Shown: in pieces, positions 1 to 8,375 of the stretch
Layout of the letters: the number at the start of each line of letters is the position of its first letter
Position numbering within the stretch: the first letter of the stretch is position 1
Sequence record: KY963424
Strand: one strand, 5' to 3'
Source: Shigella phage SSP1
DNA: 64,000 nucleotides
The notes under the pieces: model-generated
Told to the model about the DNA's origin: nothing
Databases searched by the model: none
What the model saw: only the letters and a program-made list of their open reading frames with translations
Program-made: the position numbers and the translations under genes

Positions 1-29
1 TGCAGGTTCGAATCCTGTGCCCAGCACCA
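1..29 (+). tRNA. 3-prime fragment of a tRNA (T-arm, acceptor strand, CCA), truncated by window start
   Basis: GGTTCGAATCC T-loop context followed by acceptor strand and terminal CCA at 27-29. Confidence 0.55.
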
Positions 30-211
30 ATTTAAGGATTAGTATGTTTAAACTCCTAGTAGTTATCTGGTATAGCCAATCAAATAGAGCTAATACCTCT
101 CACGTTATAGACTTTAATACTAAAAATGAAGCTGAAGAAGCATATGCTAATTTAATACAACGTAATAAAGAATCTCGTAGTATAGTTTATGAAGTGACTA
201 AACTTTATTAA
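17..211 (+). CDS. hypothetical small protein (start uncertain, probably internal ATG near 44)
   Basis: ORF in track; 5-prime end overlaps tRNA fragment so annotated start is doubtful. Confidence 0.3.
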   Translation: MPSTNLRISMFKLLVVIWYSQSNRANTSHVIDFNTKNEAEEAYANLIQRNKESRSIVYEVTKLY

Positions 212-219
212 AAATTCAT

Positions 220-248
220 TTGCTTTCTCTCTTATTTATTGTTATAAT
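220..248 (+). promoter_or_regulatory. T5 early-type sigma70 promoter (TTGCTT-N17-TATAAT)
   Basis: -35 TTGCTT 220-225, -10 TATAAT 243-248, 17-bp spacer, conserved leader ATAAATTAATGAGAGGG before ATG 279. Confidence 0.75.
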
Positions 249-278
249 ATTTATATAAATTAATGAGAGGGAAACCAA

Positions 279-572
279 ATGAAACGTTATCTTTCTGTTG
301 TGTTCCAAACTGGTGGTCAACGCTATACCTATGAATTTCCTAGCTCTTGGAAGATCAAAGAAGGTGATCAAGTAGTAGTGTTAACACCGCGTGAGGGTTT
401 CAAGGTAGTAACGGTTAAGCAAGTATTTCCAAAAGATCGTGAACCAGCTAAAGGCATTCGCTATAAGATGATTCATGGTGTAGTTCGTCAAGTACCACGA
501 GCGGAAGTCGAAATCAAAGTAGATAAAGATGGTAAACTTAAATATACCTCTTGCTTAGATGAGTTGCTATAA
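279..572 (+). CDS. hypothetical early protein
   Basis: ORF directly downstream of consensus promoter and RBS-containing leader. Confidence 0.6.
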   Translation: MKRYLSVVFQTGGQRYTYEFPSSWKIKEGDQVVVLTPREGFKVVTVKQVFPKDREPAKGIRYKMIHGVVRQVPRAEVEIKVDKDGKLKYTSCLDELL

Positions 573-778
573 TGAGAATTACTTTCACAGAAAAGATTAT
601 GGGTAATGGTGTTATGATCATTACCGCATGGGATGGTAATCAGTGGTGTAGTGTTTCAGGTATTAAGCCTGAAGAACAAACACTAGAAAATATCTCAAAG
701 ATTAAGCGAAGAATGGCAGAACGTGCACGACTTCCAGGTGCGCCTAGAAATGGTAAACGTTCTGCAATTAAATATTAA
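572..778 (+). CDS. hypothetical early protein
   Basis: ORF overlapping previous stop (ATGA-type coupling). Confidence 0.5.
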   Translation: MRITFTEKIMGNGVMIITAWDGNQWCSVSGIKPEEQTLENISKIKRRMAERARLPGAPRNGKRSAIKY

Positions 779-779
779 T

Positions 780-856
780 GCTTCGGTAGCTTAGCGATCT
801 AAAGCACTCGGCTGATAACCGAGAGATCGGGGGTTTAAATCCCTCCCGGAGTACCA
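780..856 (+). tRNA. tRNA-Ile (anticodon GAU)
   Basis: Cloverleaf by eye: acceptor GCTTCGG/CCGGAGT, anticodon stem CTCGG/CCGAG with loop CTGATAA, T-stem GGGGG/CCCTC, 3-prime CCA. Confidence 0.7.
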
Positions 857-953
857 AATTTAGGAATTAAGACTATGCGTCCAGGAAAGTTTAAAAAAGC
901 TAATTGGTCTAAAGAGTATAAAGAATACTTACTTAGTCTAGTAAAACATAACA

Positions 954-1027
954 GTTAGTTGGCAGAGTGGTTATGCACCTCCCTCATACGGAGCGACTAC
1001 AGTGGTTCAAATCCACTACTAACTACC
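954..1027 (+). tRNA. tRNA with CAU anticodon (Met or lysidine-Ile)
   Basis: Acceptor AGTTAGT/ACTAACT, anticodon loop CTCATAC, T-arm AGTGGTTCAAATCCACT, 3-prime CCA. Confidence 0.65.
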
Positions 1028-1065
1028 ATTAAAATAGCTAGAGATAGCTAAATTTAGGAGCAGCT

Positions 1066-1260
1066 ATGTTAACAATTAAAATAATGTCAGCCAAGAATGG
1101 TGAACATATCCATACGGGCAAAAGCGTAAGCTTTAATCCTAGAAATAAGAGATTGGCTATAGTTGGAGTAGATCAAGCCATCTTTTTAAAAGAAGATGAA
1201 GTAGCATACGTCATGAACCAAACTGGTAAGACAGTTTCCGTATACTATGGAAAAGTATAA
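1066..1260 (+). CDS. hypothetical protein
   Basis: ORF with RBS AGGAG upstream. Confidence 0.5.
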   Translation: MLTIKIMSAKNGEHIHTGKSVSFNPRNKRLAIVGVDQAIFLKEDEVAYVMNQTGKTVSVYYGKV

Positions 1261-1302
1261 AGAATAAAGAGCTGAGCCAAATTCTAACATCGGGGAGATC
1301 TA

Positions 1303-1671
1303 ATGAAAGCATATCAAAATCTTAAATCTGGCGTAATTAACCTTGTTCATGAAAATCAGATTATTCAGCTATACTCCGACAATGGTGAACTTAAACAGAA
1401 AGTTCTAGTCGAAGATCTAGAAGGTATCACACCTCACTTTGACCCTGAGGCCTTTCGCATTGTAGATGTGGAAGTGGTTCCTCAAGTCGAGGGTGGTCAG
1501 CACCTAAATGTCAATGTGTTAAGCCGTGATCAGCTTTTGGATGCACAGAAACATCCTGAAAAATATCCTCAGTTGACCATCCGTGTCTCTGGCTATGCTG
1601 TTCGATTTAACGCATTGACGCGTGAACAACAGAACGACGTTATTAGTCGTACATTTACTCAGGCGATATAA
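1303..1671 (+). CDS. autonomous glycyl-radical cofactor (GrcA/YfiD-like)
   Basis: C-terminus [55 protein letters not shown] closely matches the GrcA/PFL glycyl-radical domain (RVSGY radical glycine motif). Confidence 0.8.
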   Translation: MKAYQNLKSGVINLVHENQIIQLYSDNGELKQKVLVEDLEGITPHFDPEAFRIVDVEVVPQVEGGQHLNVNVLSRDQLLDAQKHPEKYPQLTIRVSGYAVRFNALTREQQNDVISRTFTQAI

Positions 1672-1752
1672 TGGGGTTTGGATACGATTTCTCCCAGCTA
1701 CGCAAGGTAGTCGAGCAAACTCCATTTATCTCCCAAGTTTTAGGAGAAATGT

Positions 1753-2052
1753 GTGGATCGAGCATTAAGACGCCATCACCGGCAACGTGTGAAAAACAAT
1801 CGCAAAAAGTATTGGACAGTCTTCCCACATGAAGAAAGTCCTAAGCGGTTAGGCATTATCACTACCACTCCTTGCATCTGTTCTTGTTGGATGTGTGGGA
1901 ATCCTCGCAAATACTATAAGAATAGTAAAGCAGGTATGAAAATCTCGGAGATTAAAAAGATGGATGCAATGATTATGGGCATCACCTTTACAGGTGGTAT
2001 CTCTGATGAATTCGACGGTTTTGTAACTCAGGATATTGTCGAAATTATCTAA
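1753..2052 (+). CDS. hypothetical Cys-rich protein (GTG start, uncertain)
   Basis: ORF with CxCxC..CxxC cluster; non-ATG start in track. Confidence 0.35.
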   Translation: MDRALRRHHRQRVKNNRKKYWTVFPHEESPKRLGIITTTPCICSCWMCGNPRKYYKNSKAGMKISEIKKMDAMIMGITFTGGISDEFDGFVTQDIVEII

Positions 2053-2061
2053 TTAATAATA

Positions 2062-2098
2062 AACCCCAGCTATTGAATACGTAGTCTGGGGTTTTCTT
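2062..2098 (+). terminator. putative intrinsic terminator
   Basis: Stem AACCCCAG/CTGGGGTT followed by TTTCTT. Confidence 0.5.
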
Positions 2099-2116
2099 GT
2101 ATATAGGATTTTCGAA

Positions 2117-2302
2117 ATGAAAATTTTTAAAGTGAACTATAGCGGCCTGTGGTTAGGTGGTACAGCTATTGTTGTTGCGGAAACTGTGGAAGAAGCAATC
2201 GAACTGGCTAGAAACCATAGAAGTTCTATAGAATTCGAGGATGTGACAGTAGAAGAACTCCCGAGCAGTGGGGTAGTATACAACGACAACGGAGATTACT
2301 GA
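2117..2302 (+). CDS. hypothetical protein
   Basis: ORF with upstream RBS. Confidence 0.45.
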   Translation: MKIFKVNYSGLWLGGTAIVVAETVEEAIELARNHRSSIEFEDVTVEELPSSGVVYNDNGDY

Positions 2303-2360
2303 TGTTATATTTTGAAGTTCGCCCACATTAAGTTAATTTAAAAGACTTAATGGAGGTAAT

Positions 2361-2756
2361 ATGAGCCGTACATATCGTAAACAATCTGGTGATCGTCACT
2401 GGCGTGATGCACATCGTTCTACTTATAATTTTCATAGCACTAATATCCGTATTCCGTATATCTACACGGATAGGGATGGTAAGCAGTGGAAGTATTATCA
2501 AGTTCGATCCAATGAAGCATGGGCTAAAACTTGGGATGAAATTGAGAAGGAGATTCAGGAAAATATCATCCGTAACGAGAAGAAAGATGGGCACTGGTGG
2601 GATTCTGTTAGTAGGAATGTTAAGTGGCATTCTAACAAAATGGTTCGTCAAGGAAACCGTCGCGAACTTCATCGTGTGATGAAAGATCCAGAAAATTACG
2701 ACTATAATCGCGATCATGATCTGCGTAAGCGTGGGTTATGGTGGTGCTACGACTAA
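2361..2756 (+). CDS. hypothetical basic protein
   Basis: ORF with RBS GGAGG; Trp/Arg-rich. Confidence 0.5.
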   Translation: MSRTYRKQSGDRHWRDAHRSTYNFHSTNIRIPYIYTDRDGKQWKYYQVRSNEAWAKTWDEIEKEIQENIIRNEKKDGHWWDSVSRNVKWHSNKMVRQGNRRELHRVMKDPENYDYNRDHDLRKRGLWWCYD

Positions 2757-2773
2757 TTTCGTAAATAATTCAT

Positions 2774-2802
2774 TTGCTAAAACCCTCTCCTTTTGATATA
2801 AT
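2774..2802 (+). promoter_or_regulatory. T5 early-type promoter (TTGCTA-N17-TATAAT)
   Basis: -35 2774-2779, -10 2797-2802, conserved leader ATAAATTGATGAGAGGG. Confidence 0.75.
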
Positions 2803-2832
2803 ATTTATATAAATTGATGAGAGGGCTTTGAA

Positions 2833-3105
2833 ATGAAAGAAGCAGAAATTAATGAAATGGCTAGAGTATTCATCGTTTCCTATATGCAAGGCAGTTGCAA
2901 TAGTTTATTCGAGTCCGCTGTAGTATTTCAGGAAATGTTAGCCGAAAAAGGCGTACATATGGAAGATACTGAAATTGAAGATCTTCTAATGGAAACTTGT
3001 AGTAGTGCTGAAGTCTTCCAGTGTGGTAACTGTAATTGGTGGTGTCCAGAGCATGATCGTTCTGAAGAAGGTTCCTACTGTTCCGATTGTGAAGGAGAAG
3101 AATAA
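2833..3105 (+). CDS. hypothetical acidic Cys-rich protein
   Basis: ORF downstream of consensus promoter; C-terminal CGNCNWWC..CSDC motif. Confidence 0.55.
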   Translation: MKEAEINEMARVFIVSYMQGSCNSLFESAVVFQEMLAEKGVHMEDTEIEDLLMETCSSAEVFQCGNCNWWCPEHDRSEEGSYCSDCEGEE

Positions 3106-3404
3106 TGAATAAGTTTATTATTGCTCTGGTGATTTCAGCAGTTAGTTTCGGTTCTCTGGCATCTACCAAAGTTTCTATGAAAAATGGTAATGTTAAAGTT
3201 CAACAGAACGGCATTATTACCGAATATGGTAAAGTTCGTGATGTTAAGGAACGTAATGGTAAAGTAGAAATCTATACTAATAAAAACTTCTCTACTCCAG
3301 CCGTTACTATTAGCAAACGCGGTGAAATAACCACTCAACGTACTAATAGCTCCAGTTCTTTTACTTGTCGTTATGATTGCGACTTTGAAGGTGAAGATGA
3401 ATAA
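3105..3404 (+). CDS. putative secreted/periplasmic protein
   Basis: N-terminal signal-peptide-like MNKFIIALVISAVSFGSLAS. Confidence 0.5.
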   Translation: MNKFIIALVISAVSFGSLASTKVSMKNGNVKVQQNGIITEYGKVRDVKERNGKVEIYTNKNFSTPAVTISKRGEITTQRTNSSSSFTCRYDCDFEGEDE

Positions 3405-3792
3405 TTTAGACCCTAGAATTAAATTTGCAATTACAGAAATCCAAGATCAAATTGATGAGGATTTCACTGTTTGGTCAAGGTCTGGTAATGGAGAATATTG
3501 CCAGCTTTATAGTATGAAAATGGGTATCTCAATTGAGCTTAATATCAACTCTGAAGGTAGGGTAGAAGCCCAACCCATGTTCAGTGTTCCAGGCTTCTCT
3601 GGATTTGTTGCAGGTATAAAATTGTGTCTACCAAATAACCATCTTCATCGAGTTATTTGTCAGTTAGAGACTATTAAGCATTTCTTGCCAGAAGGTAACA
3701 TTAATGACTACTACCATGAAGTTGTAGCAGCTCATATGATGAAAGAACGCAAACGTCGGAGAGAAGAACGTGAAAAGACTAAACATCAATAG
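3397..3792 (+). CDS. hypothetical protein
   Basis: ORF; start moved to internal ATG with SD-like GGTGAAG upstream. Confidence 0.45.
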   Translation: MNNLDPRIKFAITEIQDQIDEDFTVWSRSGNGEYCQLYSMKMGISIELNINSEGRVEAQPMFSVPGFSGFVAGIKLCLPNNHLHRVICQLETIKHFLPEGNINDYYHEVVAAHMMKERKRRREEREKTKHQ

Positions 3793-4066
3793 CACAGTGC
3801 AGATTCCAGCAACTAAGGATGTTTTAACATTCCTACGGAGTGAAAACGCTCAGTTTTGGCATGATCATGTTGTAAAGAACGGTAGTACTCCAGATGTAGT
3901 TGCCTTTGCTAAAAAACGTATCGAAGAATATAAAGATCCAGAGATTAAAGATGGGATGATCACTATGCAATTGTGGGTAGCCATGAATACGTTTGGACCT
4001 ACTATGAGTCTAGGAGTTACTCCACTGTTTACTAATATTCTAATTAATGAAAAGGATCTGAAATGA
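3770..4066 (+). CDS. hypothetical protein
   Basis: ORF overlapping neighbours in operon-like array. Confidence 0.45.
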   Translation: MKRLNINSTVQIPATKDVLTFLRSENAQFWHDHVVKNGSTPDVVAFAKKRIEEYKDPEIKDGMITMQLWVAMNTFGPTMSLGVTPLFTNILINEKDLK

Positions 4067-4347
4067 TTATCTCTCCATTTGCTCTTTGGTTCGTCATCGG
4101 ATCTGTGGTTGCTATTTATAGCTTGGTTGATGATCTGTATATTTCTAAGAATAAAGATGTAATATTATACGTTATACATAAAACTCGACCGTTAGACATA
4201 CCACCTCTTGATGATAAAACATTACTCAGATGTGCTAGATCTATGATATTTATTGTGGATATTCTTCTAGGCCCAACATCTGTGTTTTTCTTTTATAGAA
4301 AAACTCGTAATATGAAAAAGTTTAAAGCTGAAATGCGGAATATTTAA
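4063..4347 (+). CDS. hypothetical membrane protein
   Basis: Two hydrophobic segments (LWFVIGSVVAIYSLV; IFIVDILLGPTSVFFFY). Confidence 0.5.
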   Translation: MIISPFALWFVIGSVVAIYSLVDDLYISKNKDVILYVIHKTRPLDIPPLDDKTLLRCARSMIFIVDILLGPTSVFFFYRKTRNMKKFKAEMRNI

Positions 4348-4457
4348 AGAACTCGCGTAGGACCGAGTTGCGTCACCTGCAACTGTTACGGATAAGGGAG
4401 TCGTGCCCCTTAGTGCGGTAAGTGGTGAGGTGGCTGCTAGCCCTAACTGGAGATAAT

Positions 4458-4802
4458 ATGACTATATTACTAATTCTTATTACAACTTGGTTTTTAATCG
4501 GTGCTGGATATGCTATAGCTATTATTAGACATTTGGACGAATACTCTGCTGAATGGTTTGTTAAGTATCTACGTATTGATAATCAAGAACATGAGTTTAA
4601 AGATGAAAAGCAGAAAAAAGCAGTAAATAATATGACAGCCAAAGAATGCTTGTTCTACATGCGTATTGTAGGGTTCTTTGGACTATTAGTTGCTGGCCCA
4701 ATTGGTTCTACCATTGCTCCATATAAAGAAACAGTTGCTGACATCAAATTGTGGAGAAATGCAGGGGTACTACGCAAAGCTAGAGAAACTAATATTATAT
4801 AA
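4458..4802 (+). CDS. hypothetical membrane protein
   Basis: ATG with GGAG RBS; TM segments ILLILITTWFLIGAGYAIAII and IVGFFGLLVAGPIG. Confidence 0.5.
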   Translation: MTILLILITTWFLIGAGYAIAIIRHLDEYSAEWFVKYLRIDNQEHEFKDEKQKKAVNNMTAKECLFYMRIVGFFGLLVAGPIGSTIAPYKETVADIKLWRNAGVLRKARETNII

Positions 4803-4847
4803 GATTGATGCTAAATCAACTTACTAGCAAAAGCAAATAATGACAAA

Positions 4848-4881
4848 GCCCAGCCTGCACTTTTGCGACTGGGCTATTTTT
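4848..4881 (+). terminator. putative intrinsic terminator
   Basis: GCCCAG...CTGGGC stem followed by TATTTTT. Confidence 0.5.
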
Positions 4882-4896
4882 ATAATAAAATTTTAG

Positions 4897-4925
4897 TTGC
4901 TTAGATGCCCAAACTTTTGTATAAT
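4897..4925 (+). promoter_or_regulatory. T5 early-type promoter (TTGCTT-N17-TATAAT)
   Basis: -35 4897-4902, -10 4920-4925, 17-bp spacer. Confidence 0.7.
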
Positions 4926-4956
4926 ATGTTTATAGATTGAGGCAAGAGGATTAAAT

Positions 4957-5637
4957 ATGAAAATCATCTCTAAATTCGTAGATGTGTATGATTTGCAGAA
5001 CAGTTTATTTGACGCAGATCGTGTTTGGGAACGTAAAACTGAAGAGCTAACAATAAAAGCCCCAGATGATGGCAACTATATGATCATGCAAGAACGTAGG
5101 ATTGCTCGTATTGAGGGGAAGATTGGCTACTTTAAAATTTTGCCTTTCTTCCTAGCTGGGGAGATTTACTGGTTATACCACATTGATGTACTGGATACCC
5201 AAGTAAAAACCTTCAGTCTGGACAAGGCGTTAGAAATTTTAGATGAGAAGGGATGGTCAACAGGGTTTTCTTTGCTAGACATAAACAGAGGGAAGCCAAA
5301 AGAGTCGATCTTATCGTGGCAAGAAGAAGTTACCCCGAAAGCTAAAGAAGCCTTATCTGAGCTAAGAGTACCGCTAGCAGTTCTAGATTCATTAGTTCCA
5401 AATGATAAAGATAACAATAAATACTTCAAGATTATAACTAATCCGCGTCTACACCTATCAGGTATTCCGTGGCAGGAAATTGAAAGTAACTTATACCGTT
5501 TACACCAGATGATCGAGCAATATATCTGGGGCGTGTTAGGAACCGGTGAACCAAATACTATTACGATTTCCGATAAGGATCGCTTAGCTGCACATGGATT
5601 TGATACTGTTACTTCTTTTAGGAATATGAAAAGATGA
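4957..5637 (+). CDS. hypothetical protein
   Basis: 226-aa ORF downstream of promoter. Confidence 0.55.
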   Translation: MKIISKFVDVYDLQNSLFDADRVWERKTEELTIKAPDDGNYMIMQERRIARIEGKIGYFKILPFFLAGEIYWLYHIDVLDTQVKTFSLDKALEILDEKGWSTGFSLLDINRGKPKESILSWQEEVTPKAKEALSELRVPLAVLDSLVPNDKDNNKYFKIITNPRLHLSGIPWQEIESNLYRLHQMIEQYIWGVLGTGEPNTITISDKDRLAAHGFDTVTSFRNMKR

Positions 5638-6131
5638 TCAGTAAGGAAGAGCTAAGAAGAATGTTCGATTACCAAGAAGATGGTAATCTTATCTGGAAAC
5701 CCAGGGAAGGGGACGAACATTTTAATAAGATATTCGCCGGAACAGTAGCAGGATCTAGACAAAGTACAGGGCATAGAGTAGTTGAACTATATAATGGTTC
5801 CCTAGCTATAGGGGCGCACAGATTAATCTATGCATGGCATACTGGAGAATGGCCTGAAATAGTTGATCACAAGGACAAAGACCCAACTAATGATAGATTT
5901 GAGAATCTAAGACCTGCTACAAGATCTGATAATGCTTGTAACCAAAAAGTAAGAAGCGATAACCATTTAGGCGTTAAAAATATCCATAGAAAAACAAATG
6001 GGACTTACCAAGTAAGAATTACCAAACATGGTAAGCAAGTTTCGAAAACACTTAAGAGTTTGGAAGAGGCTATAAAATGGCGGGATACCAAACTCAAAGA
6101 ACTCCACGGTGAGTTTGCGAGTACAGGCTAA
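5634..6131 (+). CDS. HNH homing endonuclease with AP2-like DNA-binding region
   Basis: AHRLIYAWHTGEWPEIVDHKDKDPTNDRFENLRPATRSDN HNH_3-type motif; paralog of minus-strand ORF 29527-30024. Confidence 0.75.
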   Translation: MISKEELRRMFDYQEDGNLIWKPREGDEHFNKIFAGTVAGSRQSTGHRVVELYNGSLAIGAHRLIYAWHTGEWPEIVDHKDKDPTNDRFENLRPATRSDNACNQKVRSDNHLGVKNIHRKTNGTYQVRITKHGKQVSKTLKSLEEAIKWRDTKLKELHGEFASTG

Positions 6132-6574
6132 TGCGGAAAGGGTTTGTAGACTTAGTTTGGAATAACAAGATGTATATCCTGGGAGCAGGTCTAGCGATAG
6201 GCATCGGGTTCGGCACTTATCACTTAGTAGATAAAGTGGAGACTTTAGCGGGAGATCTTGCGGTAGCTACTAAAAAGATTTCTTCTCTAGAGATTTCCCT
6301 TAATAAGGTGAAAGCTGAAAGCGAACTTCGTGAGACTAGAATGAATCAGTATTTCACGATGAATAATATTTCTCAAGCAGACTTAGATAAGAAAATTGGT
6401 CAGCTTGATAAAGCACTTAACCGCCAAGATATTATAGCCGCAAAGCCTGGATTGGTAACATTAATTGCTAAAAAGCAGAGTAAGGAGTTCGAGGAAAGAT
6501 TAGCATGTTTAACTGGAAACTTGGAATACTGCTCGCAGCCGCAATCACAATCACAGGCTGTGCACAAGAAATAG
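6131..6574 (+). CDS. candidate i-spanin (inner-membrane spanin)
   Basis: N-terminal TM segment then coiled-coil-like periplasmic domain; 3-prime end overlaps a lipoprotein gene. Confidence 0.45.
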   Translation: MRKGFVDLVWNNKMYILGAGLAIGIGFGTYHLVDKVETLAGDLAVATKKISSLEISLNKVKAESELRETRMNQYFTMNNISQADLDKKIGQLDKALNRQDIIAAKPGLVTLIAKKQSKEFEERLACLTGNLEYCSQPQSQSQAVHKK

Positions 6575-6858
6575 AGTCAGAACCCACACATGAGCTACCA
6601 ACAGCTCATGTAGACTGGCCTAAAGGACTTCAACCTTGTAGCTTTGACTTTAAGTTTGAAAAGAAATTAGCTACAAATGGGGAAGATGGCGTAGTAGTTG
6701 TTGTACCATATAAAGATTGGAATATGTTGGCAAAATGCCGTGAGGCAGAATATTCATATATTTCACGACTGACAAGTATGGTTTGCTTCTATCGCCAAGA
6801 TTTGCAAGAAAAACGTTGTTTAGTATATTATCCACCAATTAACAATAGGAAAGATTAA
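6505..6858 (+). CDS. candidate o-spanin (outer-membrane lipoprotein)
   Basis: Lipobox ITGC after hydrophobic signal; overlapped architecture with upstream TM/coiled-coil gene. Confidence 0.45.
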   Translation: MFNWKLGILLAAAITITGCAQEIESEPTHELPTAHVDWPKGLQPCSFDFKFEKKLATNGEDGVVVVVPYKDWNMLAKCREAEYSYISRLTSMVCFYRQDLQEKRCLVYYPPINNRKD

Positions 6859-7610
6859 TGTCAGTATTAGTCGGTTTACATGGTGAAGCTGGTTCGGGAA
6901 AAGATACCGTTGCAAAATTAATTATCGATTGGTGTAATGACACGTATCCAACGTGTTTTTCTCGTCGTTATAGTTTTGCTAAGCCCGTTTATGAACTTGC
7001 ATCCGTAATCCTCGGTGTAACTCCAGAGTTTCTAGGAGAGCGCAGGGGAAAAGAGATTGACCAATGGTTTACGGTCACACAGTCTCAATTGGAGCGAGCC
7101 AGAGATGTGTGGTTTAAGTACGGTATAGATAAGTTTGAAGACTTCTCGTACGTTTGGCCTATTTTTGAGGAAAAATATCTTAATCCTCAACAACTTATCT
7201 CAGAGAATAAAGAGGACGGACTTTATAGTTTATTTATTTCTCCGAGAAAAATGTTACAGCTCGTAGGAACAGAGCTAGGAAGGCAGCTGGTGCATGAACG
7301 CATTTGGCTCATAATTCTGGAGCAATCCATCGCTAAAGACGACCCAGACGTCGCCGTAATAACAGATGTTAGATTCCCCAATGAAGGAGAGTTACTCAGA
7401 GAAACAAACCATTTAGATATGGATTCTTTGATAGTAAATGTAGTACCAGCTGAGCAGAAGTTCACTATTAAATCAGATCATCCATCTGAAAGTGGTATTC
7501 CTGCAAAATATATTACTCACGAATTAGTTAATAAATTCGATGGTATCAATAACCTTAAACTAGAAGTTTATAACTTCTGTGACTTAGAGCTAGAACCACT
7601 AGTTGGATAA
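6858..7610 (+). CDS. dnk: deoxynucleoside monophosphate kinase
   Basis: P-loop GEAGSGKDT at N-terminus; 250 aa as recalled for T5 dNMP kinase. Confidence 0.7.
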   Translation: MSVLVGLHGEAGSGKDTVAKLIIDWCNDTYPTCFSRRYSFAKPVYELASVILGVTPEFLGERRGKEIDQWFTVTQSQLERARDVWFKYGIDKFEDFSYVWPIFEEKYLNPQQLISENKEDGLYSLFISPRKMLQLVGTELGRQLVHERIWLIILEQSIAKDDPDVAVITDVRFPNEGELLRETNHLDMDSLIVNVVPAEQKFTIKSDHPSESGIPAKYITHELVNKFDGINNLKLEVYNFCDLELEPLVG

Positions 7611-7622
7611 TCAAGGATCGCT

Positions 7623-8204
7623 ATGACTAATAAAAAAGAAAAGACTAACCTGTTTCACTCCATTCGCCAATCTAATGAGTATACCTTTTTCTTTGATGAA
7701 GAATTAGGCCCGCCGGATGAATACCGTGATTTATCAATGGTACTTATGCAAGCAAATGAGGACGACGAAATTAATCTGATGATTAATGGCCCGGGTGGTT
7801 ATGTTGATACTGCTGCACAGTTATCTAACTTAATTGCTAATTGCCGTGGAACAGTTATAGGACATCTGGTTGGTCCTAGTGCTTCTGCTTACTGCACAAT
7901 TTTCCTATCCTGTCATGGGTGGGTAGTACACCCACATGCTACGCTAATGGGACACACGTTCTCTGGCGGATTCTGTGAGAAGGGTCAAGAAATCAAGAAA
8001 GCCTATGAATCTTACAACAAGTTCGTAGAAGATATGATGCTAGATGTCTACTATCCGTTCTTCTCAATAGACGAAATCGACGAGATGGTAAAAGACAATA
8101 AAAATATCTATCTAGATAGCAAAGAAATCCATAAGCGTATTGAAATCTTGGCAAAATATCGATCTGAGCAATATAATAAAGCCCAGTTATCTCGATCAGA
8201 GTAG
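7623..8204 (+). CDS. ClpP-like serine protease (putative)
   Basis: INGPGGYV...GPSASAYC...HPHA resembles ClpP INSPGG / catalytic Ser / His spacing. Confidence 0.45.
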   Translation: MTNKKEKTNLFHSIRQSNEYTFFFDEELGPPDEYRDLSMVLMQANEDDEINLMINGPGGYVDTAAQLSNLIANCRGTVIGHLVGPSASAYCTIFLSCHGWVVHPHATLMGHTFSGGFCEKGQEIKKAYESYNKFVEDMMLDVYYPFFSIDEIDEMVKDNKNIYLDSKEIHKRIEILAKYRSEQYNKAQLSRSE

Positions 8205-8228
8205 CATAATGAAGAGTAAGTAGTTTTA

Positions 8229-8260
8229 AGCCAGGGTTTAACGACCCTGGCTTTTCTTTT
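8229..8260 (+). terminator. intrinsic terminator
   Basis: Stem AGCCAGGG/CCCTGGCT, loop TTTAACGA, then TTTTCTTTT. Confidence 0.7.
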
Positions 8261-8322
8261 ATCTAAAATTCTTCTTGACAACGACAAAATTTTATGCTCC
8301 AAATAAGATCTTTAAAAACACA

Positions 8323-8351
8323 TTGTAATTTTCCTCCAAAATTAGTATAAT
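8323..8351 (+). promoter_or_regulatory. sigma70 promoter (TTGTAA-N17-TATAAT)
   Basis: -35 8323-8328, -10 8346-8351; RBS GAGGAGG 8363-8369. Confidence 0.6.
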
Positions 8352-8375
8352 GGTACTGGTTAGAGGAGGTTACAA

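Noticed and set aside
875-958. 27-aa ORF between the two tRNA genes
   Set aside because: Very short and overlaps the 5-prime end of the second tRNA; cannot be supported from sequence alone.
2328-2717. Alternative-frame ORFs 2328-2717 (-) and 2389-2679 (+) overlapping ORF 2361-2756
   Set aside because: The 2361 frame has a good RBS and fits the operon; the others overlap it entirely and look like frame artefacts.
8275-8303. Perfect TTGACA -35 hexamer at 8275-8280 as promoter for holin
   Set aside because: No acceptable -10 element at 16-18 bp spacing; the TTGTAA-N17-TATAAT promoter at 8323-8351 fits better.
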